Origin: Alphaproteobacteria bacterium
Lineage (GTDB): Bacteria > Pseudomonadota > Alphaproteobacteria > MPNO01 > UBA830
Length of the DNA stretch: 64,000 bases
Assembly: GCA_965243135.1 (NCBI GenBank)
Contig: OZ251539.1
Span: forward strand, 3,872,001-3,936,000
Direction: 5' to 3'
Below, in pieces: positions 38,224-49,094 of the stretch (its first letter is position 1; every line of letters starts with the position of its first letter). Below the pieces are notes generated by a model that had not been told where the DNA came from, did not search any database, and worked only from the letters and a program-made list of their open reading frames with translations. Both the position numbers and the translations under genes were made by a program.

Positions 38224-40022
38224 CGAAACGCGTCGCAGCGGCGATTCTTCTGGCGAGCGTCGCGGCTCCGGCCGCGGCCGGCACGGTCAGCCACGGCCTC
38301 AGCCTGATCGGAGACCTCAAGTATCCGGCCGGATTCGCGCATCTCGACTACGTCAATCCCGACGCCCCGAAGGGCGGGACGCTGCGCCGCCACGCCATCG
38401 GCACGTTCGACACCTTCAATCCCTTCATCATCAAGGGCTCCGCGGCGTCCGGCATCGGCCTGATCCACGAAACGCTGATGACCTCGCCCGCCGACGAAGC
38501 CCCCGCCGAATACGGCCTCGTCGCCAAGACCGTCGAGGTGCCCGACGATCTCTCCCATGTCGTCTTCGAGCTGCGCCCGGAGGCGAAGTTCCACGACGGC
38601 ACGCCGATCACCGCGGACGACGTGATCTGGACGTTCGAGACGCTGAAGGAAAAGGGCGCGCCGATCTACCCCTTCTACTACAAGAACGTCGCCCGCGGCG
38701 TGAAGCTCGGCGACCGCCGGGTGAAGTTCGAGTTCGCCGGCCCTCCGAACCGGGAACTTCCCCAGATAACCGGGCAGCTGCCCGTCCTCTCCAAGGCCTG
38801 GTGGTCGACTCGCGACTTCTCCAAGACCACCCTCGAACCCCCGATGGGCAGCGGCCCTTACAGGATCTCGTCCTTCGAGGCGGGACGCTTCGTCGAGCTC
38901 GAACGGGTCGGCGACTGGTGGGGGAAGGATTTGCCCATCAACGTCGGACAGTACAATTTCGATCGCATCCGGTTCGACTACTACCGGGACGAGACCGTGG
39001 CGCTGGAAGCCTTCAAGGCGCGGCGTTACGACCTGCGGCTGGAGAACGCGTCGCTGACCTGGGCGACGGGTTACGATTTTCCCGCGCGGCGGGAGGGCAA
39101 GGTCAAGCTGGAGGAGGTGCCGAACGCTCGACCGACCGGCATGCAGGCTTTCGTCTTCAATCTCCGGCGCCCGCAGTTCGGCGATCCGGTCCTGCGCCGC
39201 GCGATGGCCTACGCCTTCGACTTCGAGTGGTCGAACAAGCACCTCTTCTACGGCCAGTACGCCCGCACGAAGAGCTTCTTCTCCAATTCCGAGCTCGCCG
39301 CGAGGGAATTGCCGTCGAAGGAGGAACTGGCGCTTCTCGAGCCGTGGCGCGGCCGGATCCCCGACGAGGTCTTCGCGAAAATCTACGAACCGCCCTCGAC
39401 CGACGGTTCCGGCAACCTGCGGAGCAATTTGCGGACGGCGCTGCGGCTGCTCAAGAACGCAGGCTACCGCATCGAGGACCGCAAGCTGATATCGCCCGTC
39501 ACGAAGGCGCCGGTCGCCTTCGAAATCCTCCTCGTCAGCCCGGCGTTCGAAAGGATCGTCTCGCCCTTCGCCCGCAACCTCGAACGCCTGGGGATCGAGG
39601 CCGCGGTGCGGACCGTCGACCAGTCGCAATACGTCAATCGCGTCCGGTCGTTCGATTTCGACATGATCGTGGGCGGCGCGGGCCAGTCCGAATCGCCCGG
39701 CAACGAGCAACGCGACTACTGGAGTTCGGCGGCCGCCGACCGGCAAGGCAGCAGAAACGTCGGCGGCATCAAGAATCCCGCGATCGACGCGCTGGTGGAG
39801 AAGATCGTCGACGCCCGCAACCGAAAGGAAGTGATCGCCGCCTCCCGGGCGCTCGACCGGGTCCTGTCGTGGAACCATTACGTCATCCCCCATTGGCACA
39901 TCCGCGCCGACCGCCTCGTCCGCTGGGACAGGTTCGGCGTTCCCCGGCATCCAAAATACGGACCCGACGTCATGAGCTGGTGGGTCGACGCCGCCAAGGA
40001 CCGCGCGCTTCGGACTCCCTGA
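38220..40022 (+). CDS. yejA: YejA-like ABC peptide transporter substrate-binding protein
   Basis: Signal peptide, LKYP.GF.H.DYVNPDAPKGG, AFDFEW, SPGNEQRDYW. Confidence 0.9.
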   Translation: MTKRVAAAILLASVAAPAAAGTVSHGLSLIGDLKYPAGFAHLDYVNPDAPKGGTLRRHAIGTFDTFNPFIIKGSAASGIGLIHETLMTSPADEAPAEYGLVAKTVEVPDDLSHVVFELRPEAKFHDGTPITADDVIWTFETLKEKGAPIYPFYYKNVARGVKLGDRRVKFEFAGPPNRELPQITGQLPVLSKAWWSTRDFSKTTLEPPMGSGPYRISSFEAGRFVELERVGDWWGKDLPINVGQYNFDRIRFDYYRDETVALEAFKARRYDLRLENASLTWATGYDFPARREGKVKLEEVPNARPTGMQAFVFNLRRPQFGDPVLRRAMAYAFDFEWSNKHLFYGQYARTKSFFSNSELAARELPSKEELALLEPWRGRIPDEVFAKIYEPPSTDGSGNLRSNLRTALRLLKNAGYRIEDRKLISPVTKAPVAFEILLVSPAFERIVSPFARNLERLGIEAAVRTVDQSQYVNRVRSFDFDMIVGGAGQSESPGNEQRDYWSSAAADRQGSRNVGGIKNPAIDALVEKIVDARNRKEVIAASRALDRVLSWNHYVIPHWHIRADRLVRWDRFGVPRHPKYGPDVMSWWVDAAKDRALRTP

Positions 40023-40111
40023 CGACCGCCCCGCGAACGCCGGGCCCCGCTTCCCGGAGGGAGGCGCCGACGATACCGTTCGCGCCGAAAAGGCGATAGA
40101 ATGGCGCCGAC

Positions 40112-41953
40112 ATGAAACGGTTTGCGATTTTCTCCGCCGCGGCCTGCTTCCTGGCGGCCGCCTCGGCGGTTGCGGCCCCGCGCCACGGGATCAGCGTCTT
40201 CGGCGATCTCAAGTATCCCGCCGATTTCCGGCATTTCGAATACGCGAATCCAAACGCGCCCAAGGGCGGCGCCATGAGGGTCTACGCGATCGACACGTTC
40301 GAGACGGTCAACCCGTTCATCCTGAAGGGCCGCAAGGAAGAGCTGGCCGAAGCGCTGTTGTTCGACACGCTCATGACCCCGGCGCAGGACGAGCCGGACT
40401 CGCTTTACGCGCTCGTCGCCGAGTCCGTCGAAACGGGGGACGGCCTCGTCGCCTTCAACATCGATCCGCGCGCCAGGTTCCACGACGGCTCTCCGGTCCG
40501 CGCCGAAGACGTCGCCTTCGCCTTCGACCTGCTGCGGGAAAAGGGACACCCTCAATACGGGACGATCTACCGCGACGTCGAACGCGCCGCGGTCGCGGCG
40601 CCGCTGCGCGTGGAGTTCGTCCTCAAGCCCGGAAAGCACCGCGACCTGCCGACGCGCCTCGCGGCGTTGCCCGTCCTGTCGAAGGCGTACTACGCCGACA
40701 GGAAATTCGACGAAACGACCTTCGAGGCGCCGCTCGCCAGCGGGCCGTACAGGGTCGCCAGGCTGGATCCCGGCCGGTCGATCGCCTACGCCCGCGCGCC
40801 GGACTACTGGGCCAGGGATCTGCCGGTGAACCGCGGGCGGTACAATTTCGACGAGATCGTGGTGGAGTATTTCCGCGACCGCGAGGTCGCGTTCCAGGCG
40901 TTCTTCGCGAAGGAGTACGATTTCCGGGAGGAGTTCACGTCGCGCCAGTGGGCGACGCAGTACGACGAACCGCCGGTCCGCAAGGGGCTGATCGTGCGCG
41001 AGACCCTTCCGGACGAAACGCCGTCCGGCGTGCAGGCGTTCATCCCCAACCTGCGCCGCGGGAAGTTCGCGGACGTTCGCGTCCGGCATGCGATCGACCT
41101 CGCCTTCGATTTCGAATGGACCAACAAGACGCTCTTCTTCAGCTTGTACGAGCGCACCAATTCCATGTTCGAAAACTCGGATCTGGCGGCCCGCCGACCG
41201 CCGTCGGCTTCCGAATCGGCCCTGCTCGAACCCTGGCGCGGCAAGGTGCCGGACGAAGTCTTCGGCGCGCCGTTCCGGGCGCCCGTCACGGACGGTTCCG
41301 GCCGCGTTCGCAAGAACCTGCGCAAGGCGGCCCGGCTTCTCAAGGAGGCCGGGTGGCGCGTCGAGAACGGCGTTCTGAAGAACGCGGCCGGCGAGCCTCT
41401 GACGATCGAGTTCCTGCTCTTCGAAGCGAGCTTCAACCGCATCGTCAACCCGTACATCGCCAATCTGAAGCGGCTGGGAATCGAGGCGTCGGTCCGGATC
41501 GTCGACGCGGCCAATTTCAAGCGCCGGACGGATTCCTTCGACTTCGACATCGTCATCCGCCGCATCTCGCAGCCTCTGACCCCCGGGCTGGAGCAGCGCG
41601 GCTACTTCGGCTCCGCGGCCGCCGAAGTGCCGGGCTCGTTCAACATCGGCGGCATAAGCGATCCGGCGGTCGACGCCCTGATCGAGGAAGTGGTCGCGGC
41701 GTCCTCCCGCGCGGAACTGACGACCGCGGTGCGCGCGCTCGACCGCGTCCTGATGTGGAACCGTTACGTGGTCACCCAGTGGTACAAGGGAGAACACAAC
41801 ATCGCGTACTGGAACAAGTTCGGCCGGCCGGCCGTTTCGCCCAAATTCGGCATGGGCGTGCTCGACACGTGGTGGTACGACCGGGAGAAGGCGGCGGCGA
41901 TCGCGCAAGGAAACGCGCCGCCCCGGCCGCCGGGCGCCCTTCCGCCGCCTTGA
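40112..41953 (+). CDS. yejA: second YejA-like substrate-binding protein
   Basis: Paralogous motifs LKYPADFRHFEYANPNAPKGG, AFDFEWTN, RALDRVL. Confidence 0.9.
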   Translation: MKRFAIFSAAACFLAAASAVAAPRHGISVFGDLKYPADFRHFEYANPNAPKGGAMRVYAIDTFETVNPFILKGRKEELAEALLFDTLMTPAQDEPDSLYALVAESVETGDGLVAFNIDPRARFHDGSPVRAEDVAFAFDLLREKGHPQYGTIYRDVERAAVAAPLRVEFVLKPGKHRDLPTRLAALPVLSKAYYADRKFDETTFEAPLASGPYRVARLDPGRSIAYARAPDYWARDLPVNRGRYNFDEIVVEYFRDREVAFQAFFAKEYDFREEFTSRQWATQYDEPPVRKGLIVRETLPDETPSGVQAFIPNLRRGKFADVRVRHAIDLAFDFEWTNKTLFFSLYERTNSMFENSDLAARRPPSASESALLEPWRGKVPDEVFGAPFRAPVTDGSGRVRKNLRKAARLLKEAGWRVENGVLKNAAGEPLTIEFLLFEASFNRIVNPYIANLKRLGIEASVRIVDAANFKRRTDSFDFDIVIRRISQPLTPGLEQRGYFGSAAAEVPGSFNIGGISDPAVDALIEEVVAASSRAELTTAVRALDRVLMWNRYVVTQWYKGEHNIAYWNKFGRPAVSPKFGMGVLDTWWYDREKAAAIAQGNAPPRPPGALPPP

Positions 41954-41960
41954 GGCGGCC

Positions 41961-43070
41961 ATGCTGGCCTACGTAATCCGCCGCCTCCTCCTCATGATTC
42001 CCACCCTGCTGGGAATCATGATCATCAATTTCGCGATCGTGCAGTTCGCGCCGGGCGGGCCGATCGAGCAGATCATCGCCGAGGTGACGGGCATCGACGC
42101 CGGCACGACCGGACGGATCAGCGGATCGGGAAGCGAGGTGTCCGGCGGCAGCGCCGAGGCGGCGGCGCGCGCCCCGACGGCCGACAGCCGCTACCGCGGC
42201 GCGCAAGGCCTCGATCCGGAATTCATCGCGGAACTGGAGCGGCAGTTCGGCTTCGACAGGCCCATGCACGAACGGTTCCTGCTGATGATGGGCAACTTCA
42301 TCAGGTTCGACTTCGGCACGAGCTACTTCCAGGACAGGACCGTGATCGACCTCGTGCTGTCGAAGATGCCGGTCTCGATCTCGCTCGGCCTGTGGACCAC
42401 GCTGATCGTCTACGTCGTCTGCATCCCGCTCGGCATACGCAAGGCCGTGAAGGACGGCACGCGGTTCGACGTGTGGACCACGACCGCGCTGACCGTCGGG
42501 TTCGCGATTCCCTCGTTCGTCCTCGCGATCCTGTTGATCGTCCTGTTCGCGGGCGGCAGCTTTCTCGACTGGTTTCCGCTGCGGGGGCTCACGTCCGAGA
42601 ACGCCGCGGAGCTCTCGCCGTTCGAGCAGGCCGCCGACTACTTCTGGCATCTGGTGCTGCCCATAATCTCGCTCGTGCTCGGCGGCTTCCTGTCGCTCAC
42701 CATGCTCACCAAGAATTCCTATCTCGACCAGATCAACATGCTCTACGTGCAGACGGCGCGAGCCAAGGGCCTGACCGAAAAGCGCGTTCTCTACGGCCAC
42801 GTCTTCCGCAACGCCATGCTGATCGTGATCGCGGGCTTTCCGGCGGCGTTCGTCGGCATCCTGTTCACCGGCGCCATGCTGATCGAGATCATCTTCTCGC
42901 TCGACGGACTGGGCTTGCTCGGCTTCGAGGCCGCGATCCGGCGCGACTACCCGATCATGTTCGCGACGGTCTACTTCTTCACGCTGCTCGGCCTGGTGAT
43001 GAACCTCGTCGGCGACCTGACCTATACGGTCATCGACCCGCGCATCGACTTCGAGGGCCGCCATGTCTAG
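41961..43070 (+). CDS. yejB: ABC transporter permease YejB
   Basis: YVIRRLLLMIPTL, YRGAQGLDPE, TARAKGL. Confidence 0.93.
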   Translation: MLAYVIRRLLLMIPTLLGIMIINFAIVQFAPGGPIEQIIAEVTGIDAGTTGRISGSGSEVSGGSAEAAARAPTADSRYRGAQGLDPEFIAELERQFGFDRPMHERFLLMMGNFIRFDFGTSYFQDRTVIDLVLSKMPVSISLGLWTTLIVYVVCIPLGIRKAVKDGTRFDVWTTTALTVGFAIPSFVLAILLIVLFAGGSFLDWFPLRGLTSENAAELSPFEQAADYFWHLVLPIISLVLGGFLSLTMLTKNSYLDQINMLYVQTARAKGLTEKRVLYGHVFRNAMLIVIAGFPAAFVGILFTGAMLIEIIFSLDGLGLLGFEAAIRRDYPIMFATVYFFTLLGLVMNLVGDLTYTVIDPRIDFEGRHV

Positions 43071-44112
43071 CGCGCGGCGGCTCGCTCCGTCGCCCCTCAA
43101 CCGGCGGCGGCTCGAGAACTTCCGGCGCAACCGCAGGGGCTTCTGGTCGCTGTGGATTTTCCTCGCCCTGTTTTTCGTCACCCTGCCGGCCGAGTTCATC
43201 GCCAACGACCGTCCTCTCGCGGTCTGGTACGAAGGCGGCCTCTACGCGCCGGTGCTGCGCGCCTACCCGGAGACCGCCTTCGGCGGCGATTTCGAGACCG
43301 AGGCGGAGTACCGGGAACCCGAGGTGCAGGAGCTCATCGCCGAAAAGGGCGGCTGGATCGTCTGGCCTCTGATCGAATACAGCTACGATACGGTGAACCT
43401 CAACCTTCGCGTGCCGGCGCCGGCGCCGCCTTCCACCGACAACGTGCTCGGAACGGACGACCAGGGCCGCGACGTGCTCTCGCGGATCATCTACGGGTTC
43501 CGCCTGTCGGTCCTGTTCGGGCTGATCCTGACCGCCCTCGGATCGGCGATCGGCGTGGTCGCGGGCGCGGTCCAGGGATATTTCGGGGGGCGGATCGACC
43601 TCTACTTCCAGCGCTTCATCGAGATCTGGGGCGGGCTGCCGCAGCTCTACATCCTCATCATTCTCTCCAGCGTCATCGTTCCGGGCTTCTGGACCCTGCT
43701 GGTCATCCTGCTTCTCTTCGGATGGACGGCGCTGGTCGGCGTGGTCCGGGCCGAGTTCCTCCGCGCCCGCAATTTCGAGTTCGTCCGCGCGGCCCGCGCC
43801 CTCGGCGTCGGCAACGCCGCGATCATGTTCCGGCACGTGCTTCCCAACGCGATGGTGGCGACGCTCACGTTTCTGCCGCTGATCCTCACCGGATCGATCA
43901 CCAGCCTCACGGCGCTCGATTTCCTCGGACTCGGCCTGCCGCCGGGATCGCCTTCGCTCGGCGAGTTGCTGCAGCAGGGTAAGACCAATCTGCAGGCGCC
44001 GTGGCTCGGCCTTTCGTCGACGGTCAGCATCTCGCTGACGCTGATCCTCCTGATCTTCGTGGGCGAGGCGGTTCGCGACGCCTTCGATCCGAGAAAGGCC
44101 TTCGGTGACTGA
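43063..44112 (+). CDS. yejE: ABC transporter permease YejE
   Basis: FRRNRRGFWSLWIF, LGTDDQGRDV, RAARALG. Confidence 0.93.
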   Translation: MSSARRLAPSPLNRRRLENFRRNRRGFWSLWIFLALFFVTLPAEFIANDRPLAVWYEGGLYAPVLRAYPETAFGGDFETEAEYREPEVQELIAEKGGWIVWPLIEYSYDTVNLNLRVPAPAPPSTDNVLGTDDQGRDVLSRIIYGFRLSVLFGLILTALGSAIGVVAGAVQGYFGGRIDLYFQRFIEIWGGLPQLYILIILSSVIVPGFWTLLVILLLFGWTALVGVVRAEFLRARNFEFVRAARALGVGNAAIMFRHVLPNAMVATLTFLPLILTGSITSLTALDFLGLGLPPGSPSLGELLQQGKTNLQAPWLGLSSTVSISLTLILLIFVGEAVRDAFDPRKAFGD

Positions 44113-45733
44113 ACTTCTGCGGATCGCCGACCTCTCGGTCTCGTTCGGCCGCGGCGCGCGCGAGGTCCGGGCGGTGCGGAGCGCCTCGTTCGACATCGGC
44201 CGCGGAGAAACGGTCGCTCTCGTCGGCGAATCCGGTTCGGGCAAGTCGGTGACGGCGCTCTCGATCCTTCAGCTTCTGCCCTATCCGACAGCTCGCCATC
44301 CGGCAGGTTCGATCATGATCGACGGCGAGGAGCTTCTCGGCGCGCCGTCCGCCCGGATGGAAAAAATCCGCGGCAACCGCGTCGCGATCATATTCCAGGA
44401 ACCGCTCACGTCGCTGAACCCTCTGCACACGATCGAAAAGCAGATCGGCGAGATTCTCTTCGTCCACAAGAAGATGCAACCGGCGGCGGCGCGCGGACGC
44501 ATTCTCGACCTGCTTCGCGAAGTCGGCCTTCCGAACGCGGAAGCGCGGCTCCGCGCCTATCCGCATCAGCTGTCGGGCGGACAGCGCCAGCGCGTGATGA
44601 TCGCGATGGCGCTCGCGAACGATCCCGATCTGCTGATCGCGGACGAACCCACGACGGCGCTCGACGTGACGATCCAGGCGCAGATTCTCGCGCTGCTGCG
44701 GCGCATCCAGCTCGGCCGCGGAATGTCGATCCTCCTGATCACCCACGACCTCGGCATCGTCCGCAAGGTGGCGGACCGCATCTGCGTGATGAAGGACGGA
44801 GAAATCGTGGAGGCAGGAGAAGCCGGCCGGATCTTCGGACGACCCGCGCACGAATACACCCGGCATCTTCTCGCGGCGGAGCCGTCGGGCAATCCGGCGC
44901 CGGCGGACGCAGACGCGCCGCCCGTGGTCGCGGCGGAGAGCCTGCGGGTGTGGTTTCCAGTCCGGAAGGGAATCCTGCGGCGCACTGTCGGACACGTGAA
45001 GGCGGTCGACGGGGTGGACGTGCAGGTCCGCGAGGGCCATACGGTCGGCGTCGTCGGCGAATCGGGTTCGGGAAAAACGACCCTGGCCATGGCGCTGCTG
45101 CGGCTCGAGCGGGCGCAGGGACCGATCGTCTTTGGAGGAGAGCGGATCGACAGCCTCGACCGGAGACGGTTGCGGGAGCTGAGACGCGAGATGCAGATCG
45201 TGTTTCAGGATCCGTTCTCGTCGCTGTCGCCCCGCCTGTCTGTCGGCCAGATCGTCGAGGAGGGGTTGCGCGTTCACGGCCTCGCGGGAGAGACGCGCGA
45301 GGAGCGCCGCGACAAGGTCGGCGAAGCCCTGCGCGAAGTCGGGCTCGATCCGGACGCGCAGGACCGTTATCCGCACGAGTTTTCCGGCGGCCAGCGGCAG
45401 CGCATCGCGATCGCCCGCGCGATGGTGCTGAAGCCGAAGTTCGTGGCGCTCGACGAACCGACCTCGGCGCTCGACATGTCGGTGCAGGCTCAGATCGTCG
45501 GGCTTCTGCGGGATCTGCAGCGGCGCCACCGCCTCGCCTACCTGTTCATCAGCCACGACCTCAAGGTTGTGCGGGCGCTCGCCGACGAGCTGATCGTCCT
45601 CAAGGACGGAAAGGTGGTCGAGCAGGGACCGGCGGCCCGGATATTCGAGTCGCCGGAGCAGGCGTACACGAAGGCGCTCATGGCGGCCGCCTTCGATATC
45701 GAGGCGATCGAAACCGACGCGGTGGCGACCTGA
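44105..45733 (+). CDS. yejF: ABC transporter double ATPase YejF
   Basis: Two GESGSGK Walker A and SGGQRQR signatures. Confidence 0.93.
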   Translation: MTELLRIADLSVSFGRGAREVRAVRSASFDIGRGETVALVGESGSGKSVTALSILQLLPYPTARHPAGSIMIDGEELLGAPSARMEKIRGNRVAIIFQEPLTSLNPLHTIEKQIGEILFVHKKMQPAAARGRILDLLREVGLPNAEARLRAYPHQLSGGQRQRVMIAMALANDPDLLIADEPTTALDVTIQAQILALLRRIQLGRGMSILLITHDLGIVRKVADRICVMKDGEIVEAGEAGRIFGRPAHEYTRHLLAAEPSGNPAPADADAPPVVAAESLRVWFPVRKGILRRTVGHVKAVDGVDVQVREGHTVGVVGESGSGKTTLAMALLRLERAQGPIVFGGERIDSLDRRRLRELRREMQIVFQDPFSSLSPRLSVGQIVEEGLRVHGLAGETREERRDKVGEALREVGLDPDAQDRYPHEFSGGQRQRIAIARAMVLKPKFVALDEPTSALDMSVQAQIVGLLRDLQRRHRLAYLFISHDLKVVRALADELIVLKDGKVVEQGPAARIFESPEQAYTKALMAAAFDIEAIETDAVAT

Positions 45734-45739
45734 AACGTC

Positions 45740-46117
45740 CTACGGCGTTCCGGCCTCGAACGGCGTCCGGCTTTTAAGGGCGCGGCCCGCCCGGGAGATC
45801 CTGTCGGCAAAAGCGTCGAGAAAGGCGGCGCCCAGTTCGGTTCGCGCGATGTGCATGCTGCGGCGATCGTACTCGTCGCTCAACCGCCGGGCGTAACCGA
45901 GCCCGCACAGGCGATCCAGCGCCCGCGACACGGCAGGCGGGGAAATCGCGAGGGCTTCGGAAAGGTCCCGCACCGTATGCGGCGGCGGCGCGGTATAGAC
46001 GGTCAACAGGATCGACATCTGACGGGCCGAAAGATCGGGGGCCGAATCGCGCAGGCTCGCGACCAGCGCTTCGCGCCACAGGGCGAGGGCGTCGTCGCGA
46101 TCGAGAAAAACCGGCAT
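45740..46117 (-). CDS. MarR family transcriptional regulator
   Basis: DLSARQMSILLTVY...HTVRDLSEAL.IS.PAVSRALDRL...DRRS. Confidence 0.85.
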   Translation of the reverse strand: MPVFLDRDDALALWREALVASLRDSAPDLSARQMSILLTVYTAPPPHTVRDLSEALAISPPAVSRALDRLCGLGYARRLSDEYDRRSMHIARTELGAAFLDAFADRISRAGRALKSRTPFEAGTP

Positions 46118-46388
46118 GACGGGCGAGCTTATCCGAATCCCCCTTATCGGGCCAATCTCCCCGGCGGGCAAAACGGCACGAATCGGGAATCTCGTTACGC
46201 GCAGCGCATGGTTCCAAGGCCGGACGGTCGGCATCTCGCAGCTAGGAGCGAAGCGAGACGGAAGCGACTCGCAACCCCGCCGGTGCCGACCGCTCGCAGG
46301 CAGGAGAGAGGAGCAGCATGAAACTGCAACGAGCGTCGACAGGCGCAACACGCGAACCTGCCACGGGCGACCGGCGGAAAAAGTTTCC

Positions 46389-47746
46389 ATGACCCCCGAA
46401 CGAATCGCCGCGCTTGTCGCGGGCGGCGGATCCGAAACGCTGGAGTTCAAGAGCACGACCAGAACGCGTCGCGAGGCTGCAAAGACTGCGCGCTTTTTTG
46501 AACCGTCGCGGCGGCGATGCGCTTTTCGGCGTTGCGCCCGAGGGATATGTTGTCGGACAACAGGTCGGAGATCGAACAATAGAGAGCTGAGCGATGAAAT
46601 AGCCGGCCTCCGGCTTTCCCGAGCGTGGAGCGGTTACGGGGCGACTGCAAGATAAACGTCATCGCCGCCCCCCAAGGACCCGTCAAACCGTATCGTTACC
46701 GGGACTATGCCTATTGCAGGATTGGAAACGCCGCCCGCGCCATGTCCGCCGACGATTACAACCGCAAGCTCTTCGAGCGCATGCACAGCGAGCAGCGCTG
46801 GGAAAACCAGCCCGCCGCCGGATGGTCGATCGAAGATCTCGACGAGACCGAGATCCGGCGGGCGGTCGAGGAAGCGATCCGGCGAGGACGGCTGGCGGAT
46901 CCGGGGACTCGGGAACCCGCAGAAATGCTGCGCGGTCTGGGGCTGTCCACGGACAATAGCTTGTTGCGGGCGGCGGTCGTTTTGTTCGGTCGTCCCGAAC
47001 GCATCGAATTCGAAATGCCGCAATGCTTGCTTCGCGTCGCCCGCTTCAAGGGCGTCGACCGTACCGAATTCATGGACAACCGACAGTTTCATGGCAACGC
47101 CTTCGCGCTTCTCGCGCATGCGGAGCGTTTTCTTCTGGACACGTTGCCGATAGCCGAACGGGTCGAAGCGGGTCGCTTCGCAAGAATCGACGAACCGTTG
47201 TACCCTCTGCCGGCCACTCGCGAAGCTTTGGCGAACGCGTTTTGTCATCGCGATTACTCCATAGGCGGCGGCTCCACGGGGGTAGCCGTTTACGATGACC
47301 GTCTGGAAGTAACTTCGTCCGGCATGCTGCACTTCAGGCTGACTCCGGAAAAACCTTTCGCGCCCTACGAGCCGCGGAATCCGCTGATCGCCCGTACCTT
47401 CTATCGGCGCGGCATCATCGAGGAATGGAGGCGCGGGACCCTCGAAATAGCCGAAAGTATGGTTTCTTCCGGGCCGCCGCGTCCGAAAATCGAGGAGGGA
47501 GGCGGGTGCGTAACGGTATGTTTCCGGCGGCATGTTCGCCAACCGCAGCGCAGAGAAGCGGCGGGACAGGAAATCCTTTCCATTCTGGACAAGGCAGAGC
47601 GCCCTCTGGCGTTGCGCGAAATCCGTTCCTTGTTGGGGCCGGCAGCGGACGAGCGGCGATTGCGCCATGACCTCGCCAAGCTGAAATCCCAAGGATTGGC
47701 AGCATGCGCGGGACGGGGACGGGGAGCTACCTGGAAACGACCATAA
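46389..47746 (+). pseudogene. frameshifted AlbA_2(Schlafen)-HATPase_c_4-wHTH ('RecG-like') protein, copy 1
   Basis: MTPERIAAL...SETLEFK in one frame, REALANAFCHRDY and RNPLIA in another; frameshifts at about 46500-46640 relative to copy 2. Confidence 0.82.
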
Positions 47747-47765
47747 AGCCAGCTTGGCGCATGCG

Positions 47766-48037
47766 GCGCATCGCGTCATACGGCAGGGAAATTGGCCAAT
47801 CATGGCGCATCATGGCTCATTGCGGCCAATTACGGCGCATTATGGCTCATTATGGCTCATTGCGTCGCGGCGGGTACGGGGCGGAGTAGCGCATCGCGTC
47901 ATACGGTACGGAAGGCTGCAGCGGATTGGCCGATCATGGCTCATTGGGGCTAATGACGGCTCATACCGGCCAATTGCGGCGCATTATGGCTCATTGCGTC
48001 CCACTGGTATCCGGGGCGGAGTAGCGCATCGCGTTAT
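47766..48037. repeat. 134-bp higher-order repeat with two arrays of seven 10-mers (NNNGGCNNAT)
   Basis: Arrays at 47791-47860 and 47925-47994, each followed by TGCGTC; linker GGGGCGGAGTAGCGCATCGCGT at about 47878 and 48013. Confidence 0.88.
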
Positions 48038-48249
48038 GGTTTGCTGGCTGTAGCCGAAGCATCGGCGCAGGAAGCCCCAACATGTGCCTGGCCTTCCGGG
48101 AACGGCAGCGCTGCGACGCCCATGCGCCTTCCGCTGCAAACGCGATTTGGCTGAAGCCCGTTACAGTCGAAGCATTTTTCTTTCGCCTCGAAGACGGCGC
48201 GCGGATCCTGCGCTTCAACGCCGACAGGTCGTGGCGACGCTCCAGACGC

Positions 48250-48390
48250 GCACTGTCGTTGGCGCGGCGCAAGACGGCACGGACAATAACCAAGTCGAGC
48301 GCCGCGCCGGCGGGCGACCGGGAACTCGGAGAAAAGTCGGGTCGCCTTGGCAAGCCGTTCGACTTGGCCGTCGGCGACCCGTCGCGGCTT
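48250..48390 (-). pseudogene. diverged copy of ibpA 3' end and downstream flank (repeat of about 51675-51830)
   Basis: GGCAAGCCGTTCGACTTGGCCGTCGGCGA versus GGCAAGCCGTTCGGCCTGGCCGCCGGCGA. Confidence 0.75.
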
Positions 48391-48840
48391 CTCGCCCGAG
48401 CAGGAATACACGAAGGCACTCATGGCGGCCGCCTTCGATATCGAGGCGGCGACGCGGCGGCGACCAAACGCTCTGCGGCGTTCCGGCCTGGAACGGCGTT
48501 CGGCCGGTGAGCGCACGGCGCATCCGGGAGATCCTGTCGGCGAAAGCGCCGAGACAAGCGACGCCCAGTTCGGTTCGCGCGATGCGCATGCTGCGTTGGC
48601 CGCATTCGTCGCGCAGCCGCCGAGCGTAACCAAGCTCGCAGAGGAGATTCAGCGCCCGCGACACGGCAGGCCGGGAAATCGCGAGGGCTTCCGACAGGTT
48701 CCGCACCGCATGCGGCACCGACGCGGCGCGAACGGTCAGCAGAATCGGCATCCGACAGGTCGTCAGGTCGGGAGCCGAGTCGCGCAGGCTCGCAACCAGC
48801 GTATCGCGCCACAGAGAGAGGGCGTCGTCGCGAAAAACCG
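48391..48840 (-). pseudogene. diverged copy of yejF 3' end plus degraded MarR
   Basis: [15 protein letters not shown] (+) and AVRNLSEALAISRPAVSRAL (-); direct repeat of about 45650-46110. Confidence 0.85.
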
Positions 48841-49094
48841 GCGGCCGAACTTATCCTCCTCGTCGGGTCATTCCGCCGACGAGAATTCCCGGAACGAATC
48901 GGGAAGCGCGTTACGCGCAGCGCATGGTTCGTTTACGATGGCCGACGGTCGGCATCCTGCGGCGAAAGCGAGGCGAAGGCGTCTCGCAGCCGTCGCGTTC
49001 GCCGACGCCAACCGAGGATCGGCATGAAACTACAACGAACGTCGACAGGGACGGCCTGCGAACCCGCGACGGGCGGGCTGCGGAGAAGGTTGCC

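Noticed and set aside
38220-41953. Tandem yejA genes as an unusual duplication
   Set aside because: Two yejA paralogs are common in alphaproteobacterial yej operons; both are intact and deeply diverged
47766-48037. CRISPR array or coding repeat (ORF 47754..48053)
   Set aside because: No constant repeat with unique spacers and no cas genes; the 10-bp period cycles through reading frames
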